Origin: Selaginella moellendorffii
Lineage: Eukaryota > Plantae > Lycopodiophyta
Length of the DNA stretch: 64,000 nucleotides
Assembly (NCBI RefSeq): GCF_000143415.4
Contig: NW_003314274.1
Location: forward strand, 941,788 to 1,005,787
Reading direction: 5' to 3'
Below, piece by piece: positions 11,940 through 24,181 of this stretch. A model generated the notes under the pieces. That model was not told the origin of the DNA. It did no database searches and worked only from the letters and a program-made list of their open reading frames with translations. Each line of letters begins with the position of its first letter. Within the stretch, counting starts at the first letter, position 1. Position numbers and translations under genes: made by a program.

Positions 11940-12925
11940 ATGACATATTTTTCTCCATTGCAACTCTCCCTTCTTCTTTTCTTCACAATGTCGTTGATCT
12001 GGATCCAGGTACTGATCAGTGCACCCGCTAACATGCAAACTTGGGCCCCAAGTTCAATTTACAGGCATTGTCTCAAGAGGCGAGCTTCAGCAATTCAGTC
12101 GACTGGAGGGAATCTGGAGCTGTTTCTAGAGTCTGGGATGTGGATCTTCGCAAAAGCTGCAAAGGTTTTGTTTGTCACTCACTTGATAAGAAAATATCTT
12201 ACTCACAAGTTTTGCAGGTGGGTCATGGGCATTTGCAGCAGCAGGTGCAGTGGAGAGCCTCAAAGCGATACAAACCGGAAGGATGGTGGTGCTCTCACCA
12301 CAGCAACTGATTGATTGCAACGAATACAACAGCGGATGCAATGAGAAGGGTACTGCAGATCCTTACCATGCCCTCAACTACATTCGCCTGCGTGGGATTA
12401 CTACTGACTCAAAGTACCCGTACACGGGTGTTAAAAGTTCCTGCAAGCCATTCGTATGTCATGATGTTGTTTTAAGTTGCACTGACCATCAGCGATTGGA
12501 ACTTATCCTTACAGACTAAGGATGCTTCCATGTCTCAAATCGGAAGTGTGCCGGGAACAAGTGATAGTTTCTTGGTAGAGGCCGTGTCAAAGCAGCCGGT
12601 GATTGCTCGAATTGATGGTAGTGCTTCTGAATTTGATTCATATGCTGGAGTAAGTTACGTCTCCTGGAGGTGGGCATTTGATAGCAAACTCTTTGCGTGT
12701 GTGCAGGGCATATATTCAGGCCCCTGCTCTGATTCGAAGGCCAGCCTTTCTGTACTCATAGTCGGCTATGGACGGACACAACATGGGGTCGAGTATTGGA
12801 TTCTCAAAAACTGGTGGGGTAGGAGCTGGGGAGAAGGAGGTTACATGAGACTGGAGCGTGGGAAATGCAATATCCTATCGGACATATCGTTCCCTCGTGA
12901 TCCCCCGAAATTCAGCAGTATTTAA
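11940..12925 (+). CDS. Secreted papain-family (C1A) pseudo-protease without prodomain; exons 11940-12008, 12065-12164, 12218-12453, 12515-12649, 12707-12925 (252 aa)
   Basis: Four GT-AG introns (56, 53, 61, 57 nt) splice in frame; SVDWRESGAV, SWAF, LSPQQLIDC, YPYTG, VLIVGYG, YWILKNWWGRSWGEGGY; catalytic Cys->Ser and His->Leu. Confidence 0.88.
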
Positions 12926-13952
12926 ATCAGTGATTTAAGTAATGTAACTTTCTTAAGAAAACAATGCTTTACGTCAACCCGGCTCAAGCCTTCGTCCAGC
13001 AGCTTTAGTATGCAATGCAGCATCTAAAAATCCTTGTTATAATCAAGAACTAGCAAATTCATATTTCAGCACTCGAAGTACTACAGTTCTGGCATTATGT
13101 AAATCTTGAGCTCTGCTGATCAATTAGTACAACTAACAATGCCTTGGCTCATCTGAATATAACTCAAACTGTTAATCCATTGTGGTGCCATGAAAACGGA
13201 TACCCCAGACAGTTGTAAGAAAGTCAAGCAGATTATAAAAGGCAACATTTGTGTCCTGTCACGAAAGGTAACTTTATTCGTAGCAAATTTATAGTTTTCC
13301 AGCGTAAGTCGCACTCCATTTTACAAACCAAATATTGATCGACAATATAAAATCCTGCAAGCAAGATCACACATTACAGTTCAAAGTTGAGAGGATGAAA
13401 GTATTGATTTGTGAGCTTGACAAAGTACTCCCACACTTTCCTGCATTGCAAACAAACACTCCCACATTCCTTCCTTCCTTTGGAATGCTCCAGAATAATC
13501 TCTGCACAAATCACCGCTTATAGGCTTAATTTCTCTAATTCACTTGAATCTTCGAACACTTTCCATACTGAATGCTGGTTGGCTTGAGGCCAAATTCAGC
13601 TGAAATGGAACCCACATATGGCACATCTACAAGGTGCAAGTCTTTTCCTTTCCACCAGTTCCAAGCGAGAATCAGTGTTCCAGCAAAGAACACAACTCCA
13701 GCAACTTATTCCATGAGCGAGATGAAACCCCTCCCTGCTCTGGAGAAAGCTTTGTAAGTGTTGTGGTCTTGTGGAAAGATGTAATAGCAATGGATAAGTC
13801 CCACAAGAAGCATATAACTGAAGAAAGACACCAAGATCATTGCACCGAGTTCTCAAGATTCCTCTAATTTGCTTCTTGATCTTACTGATGGCTCGTATTG
13901 ATGATGCTATTGTTTCTTCCAGCAAACAGAGATCATTATAGTATCAAATTCT

Positions 13953-14674
13953 TGTTGGAAATGCTCGAGTCTGAAATTAAGTCCAAAATTGAGTCTAAAT
14001 ACTAATACAGGTCATAGAGTGAAAATTTAAATCAAAAGGAGTTCCAAAAGTATAGTATGGATAGTGAGGCTAAAATTTTAGTCTTGAAGGAATTCTCCAG
14101 TTAGGGTTGGGACTATAGATTAATAGAGCATGGATTTAAGGAGTGCTAGGGAAACTTCTCAAGGAAGTGCTCATAAAAAGCCCTAAACCCCATTTTGAGA
14201 ATGACCACTTGCAACTTAAGTGAAGTGGTGCCCCATTTAAGTACCATAAGGCTTATTGGTCTTTGCCCCTTCCTACAAAGGTGGGGAGTTAAAATACTGG
14301 TACCAAATTAAAAAATGAACCTAGGGTTTGGGATTTATAGGGTCTTATAAACAAGTTTTGCTATACCATTGGATATTAAGAATTTGGAGGTTTAGTGTGT
14401 TTAGTTGCTTATGCTTTGTGGGTGTAGTACAACCTTAAGTTCAATCTAACCTAAGAAAGGGAATTAGCAAAAAGTTTATGAATTTAGCACATAGCACTTG
14501 TATGTGAATCCATGAAATGTTTACTTTTGTAGTAAGTAGCTAAACTGAATATGACTAAGCCAGAGTTAGTATAATAAGTGTGAATCTTGGGAAAGAAACC
14601 TAACTAAAGCCAAGGCAAAGATGGTTGGATAGACGAGGGAAGTTGGGAAAATAGGAAAAAAATTTATATATTAC
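13953..14674 (+). mobile_element. Old degenerate LTR related to family A
   Basis: Collinear with the 3' part of 17284-18432 (aaatactaatac, ccaaaagtatagta, aaccttaagt.ca.tctaacc) with many C>T/G>A changes; ends approximate. Confidence 0.7.
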
Positions 14675-14699
14675 GGAAAAATAGTGACATTACTTGCTA

Positions 14700-14990
14700 C
14701 CTTTGCAATTCATGCTCTAAAGAGATCACTACAATATCAAGTTCTTGTTGGAGCAACCACAACTGAATAAAAAACAAAGAAGGTGGATAGAGAAACTCCA
14801 AGTGCTCAACTTCACTATTGAATTCAAGCCAAGGAAGAAGAATACCTTGCTAGATGCATTATTTAGAATGTTTGAGAGTCAGCCTCACAAGTCTCAATGG
14901 GAGCATAGACGAACACCAAACTTCTTGGCTAGAGTGGCAGAGGGGTACATAATGACATGGTGCTCAGGCTCAACTCTCATAATCCATTGA
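14700..14990 (+). pseudogene. Ty3/gypsy RNase H C-terminal fragment
   Basis: LLEQPQLNKKQRRWIEKLQ..FTIEFKP.K.N...DAL.R motif. Confidence 0.7.
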
Positions 14991-17900
14991 TTAGTCACAT
15001 CCTGAATTGCTATTCAAGGATGGCCAAACCTAAAGGTTCAAAATATCCACCATCATTTGGTTAGCTTGTTTGGAAGCAGCAAGTTTTCTATTGAGCAATT
15101 GCCATAAACTTTATTGAATTGCTAGAGAATGATCACATTCAACTTGCTGTAGCTATTGCAAGAGTGGTTTCCCAGTAAGAGGGGTTACAATGGATAAAGT
15201 GTGCTTCATAATGACCATTTTACTTGATTTCATTATATCTAATTGAATTATAAATCTATCATTTGGTAAGTTGATTGATCAATTCATTAGTTTATTAGTC
15301 AATTCATGATTTATTGAATTCACGAGTTGATTGATCATTTCATGAGTTGGTTGCATTGGTTGATGAGTTGATGATTGATGAACTAAGAAAATTGGAATAT
15401 TGTGAATATTTACAATTAATAATGAAAAATATTATGCTTGCATTGAACAATTGAATATTGATAATATTTCTCTACAAATTTGCCAAGCCACTAGCCTATT
15501 TTTTGGTTGATAGATTACTTTGCATAATAGTTATAACTTTGTGAGTTTGCTTTTACCATTTTTCATTATCAACAAGAGCACCATATTAGTTTAGTGCCAT
15601 TTGTAAGCCTCATCATTTAAGTAATTATTTGAGTTGCATAGTTTTGTAGCATTAAAAATGCCTATATCCTTGCCTATTCTAGCCAACAATTAATATATAG
15701 TTTCTAAACACACTCTTTACTCAAATCTATGTAAGAGCTCATCTCTTGTGCTCTCTAGAATAAAAATATAATTCAAGATGCTGTAGAGTATAGATTTTCT
15801 AAATATTCCCTCTAGAGAATATTCCTAGAACATGATAGTATATTTTACATGGGGTATACTTTTCTTCCCTTGCAAGTTTAGGGCATGAGTGATTAACGAT
15901 GTATTGCTATAAAGGAGTTTTTGGGTTAATTGAGAGTGTGTTTGTGAGTGAAATGGTGTGTAACATATGCATTAGTATAGAAATCATGGTGGGATAAGTC
16001 AATCCTAGCTAACCCATCTAATTTCCATATGTTTTTTTTTAAGTCTTAAAAGTTATAACGAATTTTAGCACAATTCTAATTCTCAATGAGATTCATTGCC
16101 ATTATCGCAAATTTTTTAGTTTTTTTAAGTTTTCTTTGGGTTTTAAGACTCATGGTTAAAAAAATTCATTTTTACATTTTATATATTTTGGCAAATTGAG
16201 TAGATAGGCTTGTATATCTCATCTTTCTATATCCTTTGGTATCACAAATTTACAAATTTAACTTATAAATCATGACATGCAATGAAATTTAAGATATGTA
16301 TAGACAAAATTATGTAAGCGACTAAATTTTCCATTCTACTTTAGTCACTTAACCACACCTCCGACCACTTGGAGGAGTCTCACTCACAACCTCCATAAGT
16401 CCTATTACGGACTTGGGCTTGCTAGCCCCGAGAATGGCATCCCTGCCACTCAACCTTTGCACTTGGTCCAAGCGCTCCATGTGTCTGATCCCATGACTAA
16501 CACCCCCAAGGTACCATCGACATATCAGCCTGTTACACTAAGGCCATACCCCTTCACCTTGGTCACACCGGGGGTCTAACACCACCTGCATCACAGTCCC
16601 GTCTCTCAAGGACTAGGCCATCCGTCCATGAGTGATAATTCCAGATCCACTCCTTAGCATCCTTAGGATGCCTATAGATATAGGGATTAGCCTTCCCCAA
16701 TATCCTTTTTTCAATCCTCCCCAAGTCCCTTTCCGTCCATGGCCGTGTTCGCCAACACTGCCACTAGATCAAGGCCCACAAGCCCGACCACTAAGTCCCA
16801 GGGTCCTCTGGGACTTCCTCCTCACATGACCATATCCTTGGTCTCTACACTAGAGGACGGCTCCTCTTCCTTTTCACAGTCTAGGACTTTGGGGCAACAT
16901 TTCGAAACACCGTGGCCTTACGCGAGCCTTGTGGGTACTCTCCCCGCCTTCCGCCTTTGGGTGCTCTAGCCATGGGCTTAGAGCGAGGTTCCGTTGAGCC
17001 ACGCCAGGTATCCAAGTAGGTAGTGCCACCCACACTTGGACTGGGAGCATCGACCATTTGATCTCCCGGGGGAACTAGAGTCGGCTCTTGAACACTTCAC
17101 CAAGCTACCCCGCTTGTCAGTCTGTATTCACTCTAGTCTTAGACTTCCCAGTGGTTAGTTCATCACCCAACATTGAGTATGGCCTTCTTGGGCCAAACTG
17201 GCCTTTCCTGGGCCAAACTGGCTCCACTGGGCTCCAACCCCCACACTCTCCCTACTATACTTTTGGAAACCCCTGCAGCTCCCTGTAAGGAACCAACTCC
17301 CCGAGATGTCGTAGGCTAAAGGATCCCCAAAAGCTTGACCGAAATGACAAAGAGTTTATCGGATGGGACCAAGTCGAGGATCGAGTCCAAGACCGACTCT
17401 AGGACCGAGTTCGAGATAGAGTCCGGAATCGAGTCCGAGACCGACTCGGGGACCGAGTTCGAGTCCGAGTTTGAGACCGAGTTCGAGACGGAGTCCGAGA
17501 TCCGAAATCGGGTCCGAGACCGAGTCCGAGGTCGAGTCCGAGGTTGGGTCCGAGATCGGGTCCGAGATCGAGTCCGTGATCGAGTCCGAACCCGAATCCG
17601 AAGTCGGATCCGAAATCGGGTCCGAGATCGAGCTAGAGACTAAGTCCAAATACTAATACGGGTCAAGGGGTGAAAGCCCAAAGCGTGCGTCTCCCAGGGG
17701 GGGGGGGGGCTGCAGGGGGTTCCAAAAGTATAGTAGGGATAGTGAGGTCCAGGAACCAGTTTTGAAGGGACTCTCCAGTTGGGCTTCCAAACCGACTTGA
17801 GGTTGAGACTGGGACTGAGGGGCCTTGGGTGGGAGTGAGCATGGACTTGGCTGGTGCCGGAGGGGCCATCCAAGGAAGTGCTCAAGAGCAGCTCCCACTC

Positions 17901-18491
17901 CCGAAAGGGAAACCGATTGCGGTGCTCCCGGCTCATGTGGAGTGGTGCCCCACTTGAGTACCATGCGGCTCATTGGTCCTCGCCCTTCCTAGGGGCTTGG
18001 GCCTTCCTTCGGGATGGAAGTGGGGGGCGAGAGGTACCCATACCGGGCCGCTAGGCCACGGTGTTTCGCCCCGGCGTCCCGAAGCAGGTGTTGCACTCAA
18101 GACTTGGGATTTAGAGGGTCCCATGATCAAGTCTTGTGGTACCAAGGGATGTTAGGAACCTGGAAGCTTGGTGTGCTTGGCTGCTTGTGCTTGTGGGGAG
18201 TGTAGCCGAACCTTAAGTCCAGTCTAACCCGGGAAGGGGGATTGGGAGTGATTTGGGAATCCGTGGAAGGATGGCTAACACTCCGTTGCTCATGCAGTGA
18301 GTAGCTGAAACCAAGTAGGAGCTGGTACCATAGGCGAGAACCTTGGCGAGGGAACTTAGCAAAAACCAAGGCAGTGTTGGACGGATAGGCGAGGTAAGCT
18401 GGCAAGTGGAAAGGAAAAATTTGTGGCTTACAATTTGGTATCGGAGCCTTTATCTCAGTTCTAGCGAAGGATAGAGGCGGATTGCTGGGAG

Positions 18492-21400
18492 ATGGCAAGG
18501 GCAGGGCGTAAGCGAACCCAGGCGGAGACGGAACCTCCGCCGGAGCTGGAGCCTCCGGTTGAACAAGAGGCTATGAATGAGGAATCCTTGCATGAGGAGG
18601 ACTCTAGTGAAAAAACTTCCAAACAGGAGTCCGGTGGCGAGGTTCGGTCGTCCAAGGCTCGATTGGACGTGCTAGAAGGACAATTGGCACAGACCAATGC
18701 CCTGCTGGAGACTCTCGTACGCAAGTTAAAGCGTGACGAGAAGCGGAAGAAAAAGCGAAAGACTGCGGATGAAGGCAGCGCAGAAGGTGCAGACCCTTCG
18801 GCAGGGACTGAGGCAAAACCAGACAAGGTCGAACAGACCGAAGTGGAATCAGTCCCTCAGGCAGTTCCCAAGTACAAACCAAAGCCCCCACCGGTGTTCA
18901 AGGGAGTGAACGACTATAAGGTTGTGGAGGATTGGTTTTACGATATGGAGGACTACTTCCGAGCGTTACGGTTACCGAGCTCGGAGAAGGTCCCATGTGC
19001 AAAACCATACTTGGCAGATAATGCCAAGTCTTGGTGGAGAACCACGGAGGCCAACGAAGGACCGGTGGCCACCTGGGACATGATGAAGGCGAGGATCCGC
19101 GCGACATACGTTCCTCCGAATGCCACTCTGCATCTGAGAGATGAGCTGAGTAGGCTGAAGCAGACTGGAACCATCCAGGAATATGTGAATGGGTTCATGG
19201 CAAAGAGGATACTTGTCACGGACATGGGGGATATGGATGCGTTCCATGCCTTTATATCAGGTTTGCAAACCTGGGCTCGCGGTGCGGTGATGCACTGGAA
19301 CCCGACCAACTACAAGGAAGCGTTGGATGCGGCCATCAAGGTGCATTTTAACGATAACCTGCGAAAGGGGAACACGACGGGGTCGGGATCCATGTTTCAC
19401 AAAGGGGCCAAACCGAGGGGAACATATAGCAGGGGGAAATTCAAGAAGAGTTTCTCTAAGAATGAGTCCTCGGGACTCCTGAAAGGCAAATCCGGTGGCC
19501 AGCGAGCAAGTACGTGGGGGAGTCAAGCGAAAAGAGACAAACCCACGGATAAGAAGGTCAAGTCATATAGTAGCGTGGGAAACAACGTATGCTACAACTG
19601 CCTTGAAGCGGGACACTTTTCGAGGGAATGTCCCTACCCGAAGAAGGCCAGAGCCAATATGGCCATCAAGTCGGGTGAAGTCCAAAATGAGGTATGTGAT
19701 CCAGTCCCTAACTCAAAGTTACTCATTACACGAGCAACTTTGGTAGAGAGTCATTCGCGACATCTACTAGCCCTCCGAGGGAAGCTCGGAGGTAGCTTTG
19801 TTAAGATCCTTATTGACACGGGTGCTTCGGATAATTTTGTGGCTGCAGACATAGTCCGGCAAGCCGGACTAACGGTGCAGCGGCTAGGCGAACCAAGGAC
19901 TATAGAGTTTGTTCAAGGTAGCCAAAGCACCGATGAGGTACTTCGACAAGCGAGAGTCGAAGTGGGGACTTGGAAGGTGGACATGGATTTCACCGTGTTG
20001 GACATGGCGGGATTTGACGTGATCTTCGGAATGGATTGGTTCAATTGATTCGTGGTAGCCCTGCATGGACAAGGTAGAAACCTTGTGGTACTGGCGAATG
20101 CCCAAGGAAGAAGATCTAGGGTGGAGGCCCAAGATCTAAAGGTAGGGCAAAGCAAGGCCAAAGAATCCTGCTTAAACCTGGTGTCCACGAGAGGACAACT
20201 CACTAAAGGAACTAAGGCAGCCTTTTTGTGCTTACTCTCGGTGAAGAGTGACAAAAAGACAGGAACGGAAGAAGTGCCTTTAGTGATCCAGCGAGTGTTG
20301 GACCAATTCCAGGATACCATGCCGGAGGAGCTACCGGCGGGGTTGCCCCCTGCACGACCGATAGAACATAAGATTGAGCTGGTCGAGGGCACTGAGGCGG
20401 TGGTTCGTCCACCCTATCGTTTGAACAAAAAGGAACTCAAGGAGCTCAAGTGCCAACTAGAGGAGTTGGTGGACAAAGGGTATGTTAGGTTGAGCAAGTC
20501 GCCGTATGGGGCGCCGGTGTTATTTGTGAAAAAGAAAGATGGATCTATGCGCATGTGCATAGATTACCGGTTGCTCAACAAATATACCAAGAAGAACAAG
20601 TACCCTTTGCCAAGGATTGAGGACCTGTTCGATAGGTTGGGAAAGGCAAAATACTTCTCGAGGATTGACCTAAGGTCAGGATACTACCAGATCAGGGTAG
20701 CTGAGGAAGATGTCGAGAAGACAACCTGTCGAACAAGGTATGGGAGCTTTGAGTTTCTAGTGATGCCCTTTGGGCTGTGCAATGTGCCGGCAACGTTTTC
20801 GGTGTTGATGAACCACATCTTTGTACCCTATCTGGATCACTTCGTGGTCGTCTATATTGACGACATTCTGATCTATAGCGAGATGCTAGAGGAGCATGCC
20901 GAACACTTGGCGAAGGTGTTTGAGAAACTAAGGGAACACAAACTGTATGCTAAAGAGAGCAAATGTGACTTTGCTCAACAAGAGGTAAAGTTTCTCGGGC
21001 ATGTGGTGGGCCAGGACGGGCTCAAGGTGGACCCGGAGAAGGTCCAAGCGATCCAGGAATGGGATCAACCATCGAATGTACATGAGTTGAGGGCGTTCCT
21101 GGGGCTATGCAACTACTATCGAAAGTTTATCAGACACTATTCGAGAGTAGCCCTGCCTTTAACGGACCAAACAGGAAAAGGGAAGATGGTATGGACAGCA
21201 GAATGCGAGACGGCATTCGTCCACCTCAAAGGGAAGTTGAGGAAGGCTCCCGTATTGGCATTGCCAGACTTTGGTAAGGACTTTGAGGTAGAAACGGATG
21301 CTTCGGACTTTGCGTTGGGCGCAGTTCTGAAGCAAGACAACCATCCGGTAGCGTTCTTCTTGAAGAAGCTGGACAAGGCTCAACGGAAGTGGCCTGCCCA

Positions 21401-21528
21401 TGAGAAGGAATTGTTTGCGGTGGTCAAGGCACTCAAGGAGTGGCGACACTACCTTGGGAGACACTTCAAGGTTTACACGGACAATGTGGCAACGAAACAC
21501 TCTCTTGTCACAGCCCGACCTAAGAGGG
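18492..21528 (+). pseudogene. Element A gag-protease-RT-RNaseH
   Basis: CYNCLEAGHFSREC knuckle; IDTGA protease; YIDD RT; TDAS RNase H; in-frame TGA at 20046-48 (probably CGA>TGA); frameshift at ~21502. Confidence 0.93.
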
Positions 21529-21702
21529 TGTAAACTCCTGAATTTGGACTTCCCGGGAGGTCACCCAGCCCAGTACTATTCAAACCCAAGGACGCTTAAC
21601 TCCAACTATCCCAAGACCCTTAACCAATTGGAAAAGGGGGTGCACCATTATTCAGGGGCCCTTTCCCTCTTTATTTGAACCCCATGGATCGTCTCTCAAG
21701 TC
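21529..21702 (-). mobile_element. Truncated Cassandra-type (5S-derived) LTR inserted in element A pol
   Basis: Minus strand reads AGTTAAGCGTCCTTGGGTTTGAATAGTACTGGGCTGGGTGACCTCCCGGGAAGTCC, matching the 5S rRNA A-box to C-box region; homologous to 50091-50275. Confidence 0.85.
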
Positions 21703-22149
21703 GTGAACGATGGTCTAGCACAGGAAGTGTTGCTGAGGAATCTAGAGGCGCGGGAAGCTCACCAGAGAGGTGAGCTGCCAACGGAAGAGAAAACGGGCTA
21801 TGCAGAACGCAACGGACTCATTTATTACAAGCAAACGAGGGTGTATGTTCCAGAAGGGGAACTAAGGAAGGTGGCCTTAGAAGAGTGTCATGACGGACCT
21901 CTGCGGGGACACGGTGGAGTGCCCAAGACGATGGGCTTACTCAAAAGGAAGTACCATTGGCCAGATATGGCTAAGGACGTCCAAGACTATGTAAAGACAT
22001 GTCCAACATGTCAGCAGGTAAAAGCCGTGACCAAGGCTAGTGGGGGCTTGTTGCAAAGCATCCCAATTCCAGATCGCCCGTGGAAATGTCTTACGATGGA
22101 CTTCATCACGGGACTCCCCCCAAGTGAGGGGTTTGATGCGATATTCGTG
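21703..22149 (+). pseudogene. Element A integrase N-terminal (HHCC) part
   Basis: HDGPLRGHGG...YHWPDM...CPTCQQ...MDFITGLP; continues at 29754 after the family-B insertion. Confidence 0.9.
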
Positions 22150-23755
22150 TGTGAGACACAAAATCCCTAGGCCCCAAAGTGGAGCCGGAAGGGCGCCACA
22201 TGGTAGTGGCCGAAGCAAAAGCCAAACGAGCGTAACACGTTTGGACCAAAAGCTTCAACTTGAAAAGTCAAGAGCGGGAGTGGAACTCCCAATGAAGTGC
22301 TCGAGGAACGAGCACAAAGCGAGCAAAAGGCGAGGCTCCAAAAAGGGACCCAAAAGGACCAACACATGACACGTGGGAGTGTCCGAGATGGACCCGAGAT
22401 GGAGTCCGAGATGGAGTCCGAAGTGGAGTCCAAGGTGGACCCGAGATGGACCCGAGTTGGAGTCCGAAGTGGAGTCCGAGATGGACCCGAGATGGAGTCC
22501 GAGATGGAGTCCGAGATGGAGTCCGAGATGGACCCGAGATGGACCCGAAATGGAGTCCGAGATGGAGTCCGAGATGGACCCGAGATGGAGTCCGAGATGG
22601 AGTCCGAGATGGAGTCCGAGATGGAGTCCGAGATGGAGTCCGAAGTCGAGACCGAGACCGGGACTGAGACCAAGACCGAGACCGAGACCGAGATCGGGAC
22701 CGAGGCCGAGACCGAGCCCGAGCCCGAGCCCGAGCCCGAGTCCGAATCCGAGTCCGAGTCCGAGTCCGAGTCCGGAGCCTGAGGGGGTGAAAGCCCAAAG
22801 CGTTCGTCTCCCAGACCCTGGGGGGTTTGGTGAGCTCCAAAAGTATAGTAGGGGGAGGACTGCAGTGGAGCCAGTTTGGCCAGGAAAGGCCAGTTTGGCC
22901 CAGGAAGGCTAGACCCAGTGTTGGGTGATGAGCTGACCACTGGGAAGTCCAAGACTAGAGTGAACATGGACCGACAAACGGGGTAGCTTGGTGAAGTGTT
23001 CAAGAGCCGGCTCTAGTTCCCCCGGGAGATTGACTGGCCGATGCTCCCAGTCCAAGTGTGGGTGGCACTACCTACTTGGATACCTGGTGTGGCTCAATGG
23101 AACCCGCTCTAAGCCCATGGCTAGAGCACCCAAGGGCAGAAGGCGAGGAGAGTACCCAGGTGGCTCGCGTAAGGCCACGGTGTTCCGAAATGTTGTCTCA
23201 AAGGCCCAGACTGTGGAAAGGAAGAGGAGCAGTCCTCTGGGGTAGTGACCAAGGACACAGTCGTGTGGTGAGGAAGTCCCAGAGGACCGTGGGACTTAGT
23301 GGTCGGGCCTGTGGGTCTCGATCCAGTGGCAGTATTGGCAAACACGGCCAGGGGCAGAAAGGGACTTAGTGGAGACTGACAGAGGGATATTGGGGAAGGC
23401 TATTCCCCTTGTCGGTGGGCATCCTAAGGATGCTAAGGAGTGGATCTGAGATGACCACTCACGGATGGTTTGCCTAGTCTTGGAGGGCCAAGACGGTGAT
23501 GCAAGTGGTGTTGGACCACCAGTGTGACCAAGGTAAATGGGCATGGCCTTAGCGTAACAAGCCGGTACGTCGGTGATACCTTGGGGTGTCGATCATGGGA
23601 TCGGACACGTGGAGCACTTGGACCAAGTGCTAAGGTTGAGTGGCATGGATGCCATTCTCGGGGTTAGCAAGCCCCAAGTCCTGAGTTGGACTTATGGAAG
23701 TTGTCAATGAGACTCCTCCAAGTGGTCAGCCGTGTGGTTAAGTGACTAAAGTAAA
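22150..23755 (+). mobile_element. Family-B LTR (3' end lost in gap) inserted in element A integrase
   Basis: Starts TGTGAGACAC after TCGTG; GATGGAGTCCGA 12-mer and CCGAGN hexamer arrays. Confidence 0.9.
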
Positions 23756-24181
23756 NNNNNNNNNNNNNNNNNNNNNNNNNNNNNNNNNNNNNNNNNNNNN
23801 NNNNNNNNNNNNNNNNNNNNNNNNNNNNNNNNNNNNNNNNNNNNNNNNNNNNNNNNNNNNNNNNNNNNNNNNNNNNNNNNNNNNNNNNNNNNNNNNNNNN
23901 NNNNNNNNNNNNNNNNNNNNNNNNNNNNNNNNNNNNNNNNNNNNNNNNNNNNNNNNNNNNNNNNNNNNNNNNNNNNNNNNNNNNNNNNNNNNNNNNNNNN
24001 NNNNNNNNNNNNNNNNNNNNNNNNNNNNNNNNNNNNNNNNNNNNNNNNNNNNNNNNNNNNNNNNNNNNNNNNNNNNNNNNNNNNNNNNNNNNNNNNNNNN
24101 NNNNNNNNNNNNNNNNNNNNNNNNNNNNNNNNNNNNNNNNNNNNNNNNNNNNNNNNNNNNNNNNNNNNNNNNNNNNNNNNN
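23756..24181. other. Assembly gap (N run)
   Basis: N characters. Confidence 1.

Noticed and set aside
13100-13930. Possible decayed gene on the minus strand
   Set aside because: Multiple stops and no recognisable domain in the frames I translated
20046-20048. Programmed stop-codon readthrough between gag and pol
   Set aside because: The TGA lies at the end of the protease domain rather than after gag, lacks a CARYYA context, and is most simply a CGA>TGA mutation
21546-21603. 5S rRNA gene
   Set aside because: Only the internal ~58 nt resembles 5S and it is embedded in a TRIM LTR; the 5S termini are absent
22380-22780. Regular short repeats resembling a CRISPR array or repeat-protein ORFs (MESE/SDSI/RDGV), also at 17390, 28195, 31390, 32590 and 45355
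   Set aside because: 6/12-bp tandem units inside LTRs, with no unique spacers and no cas genes; ORFs are open only because the units lack stops
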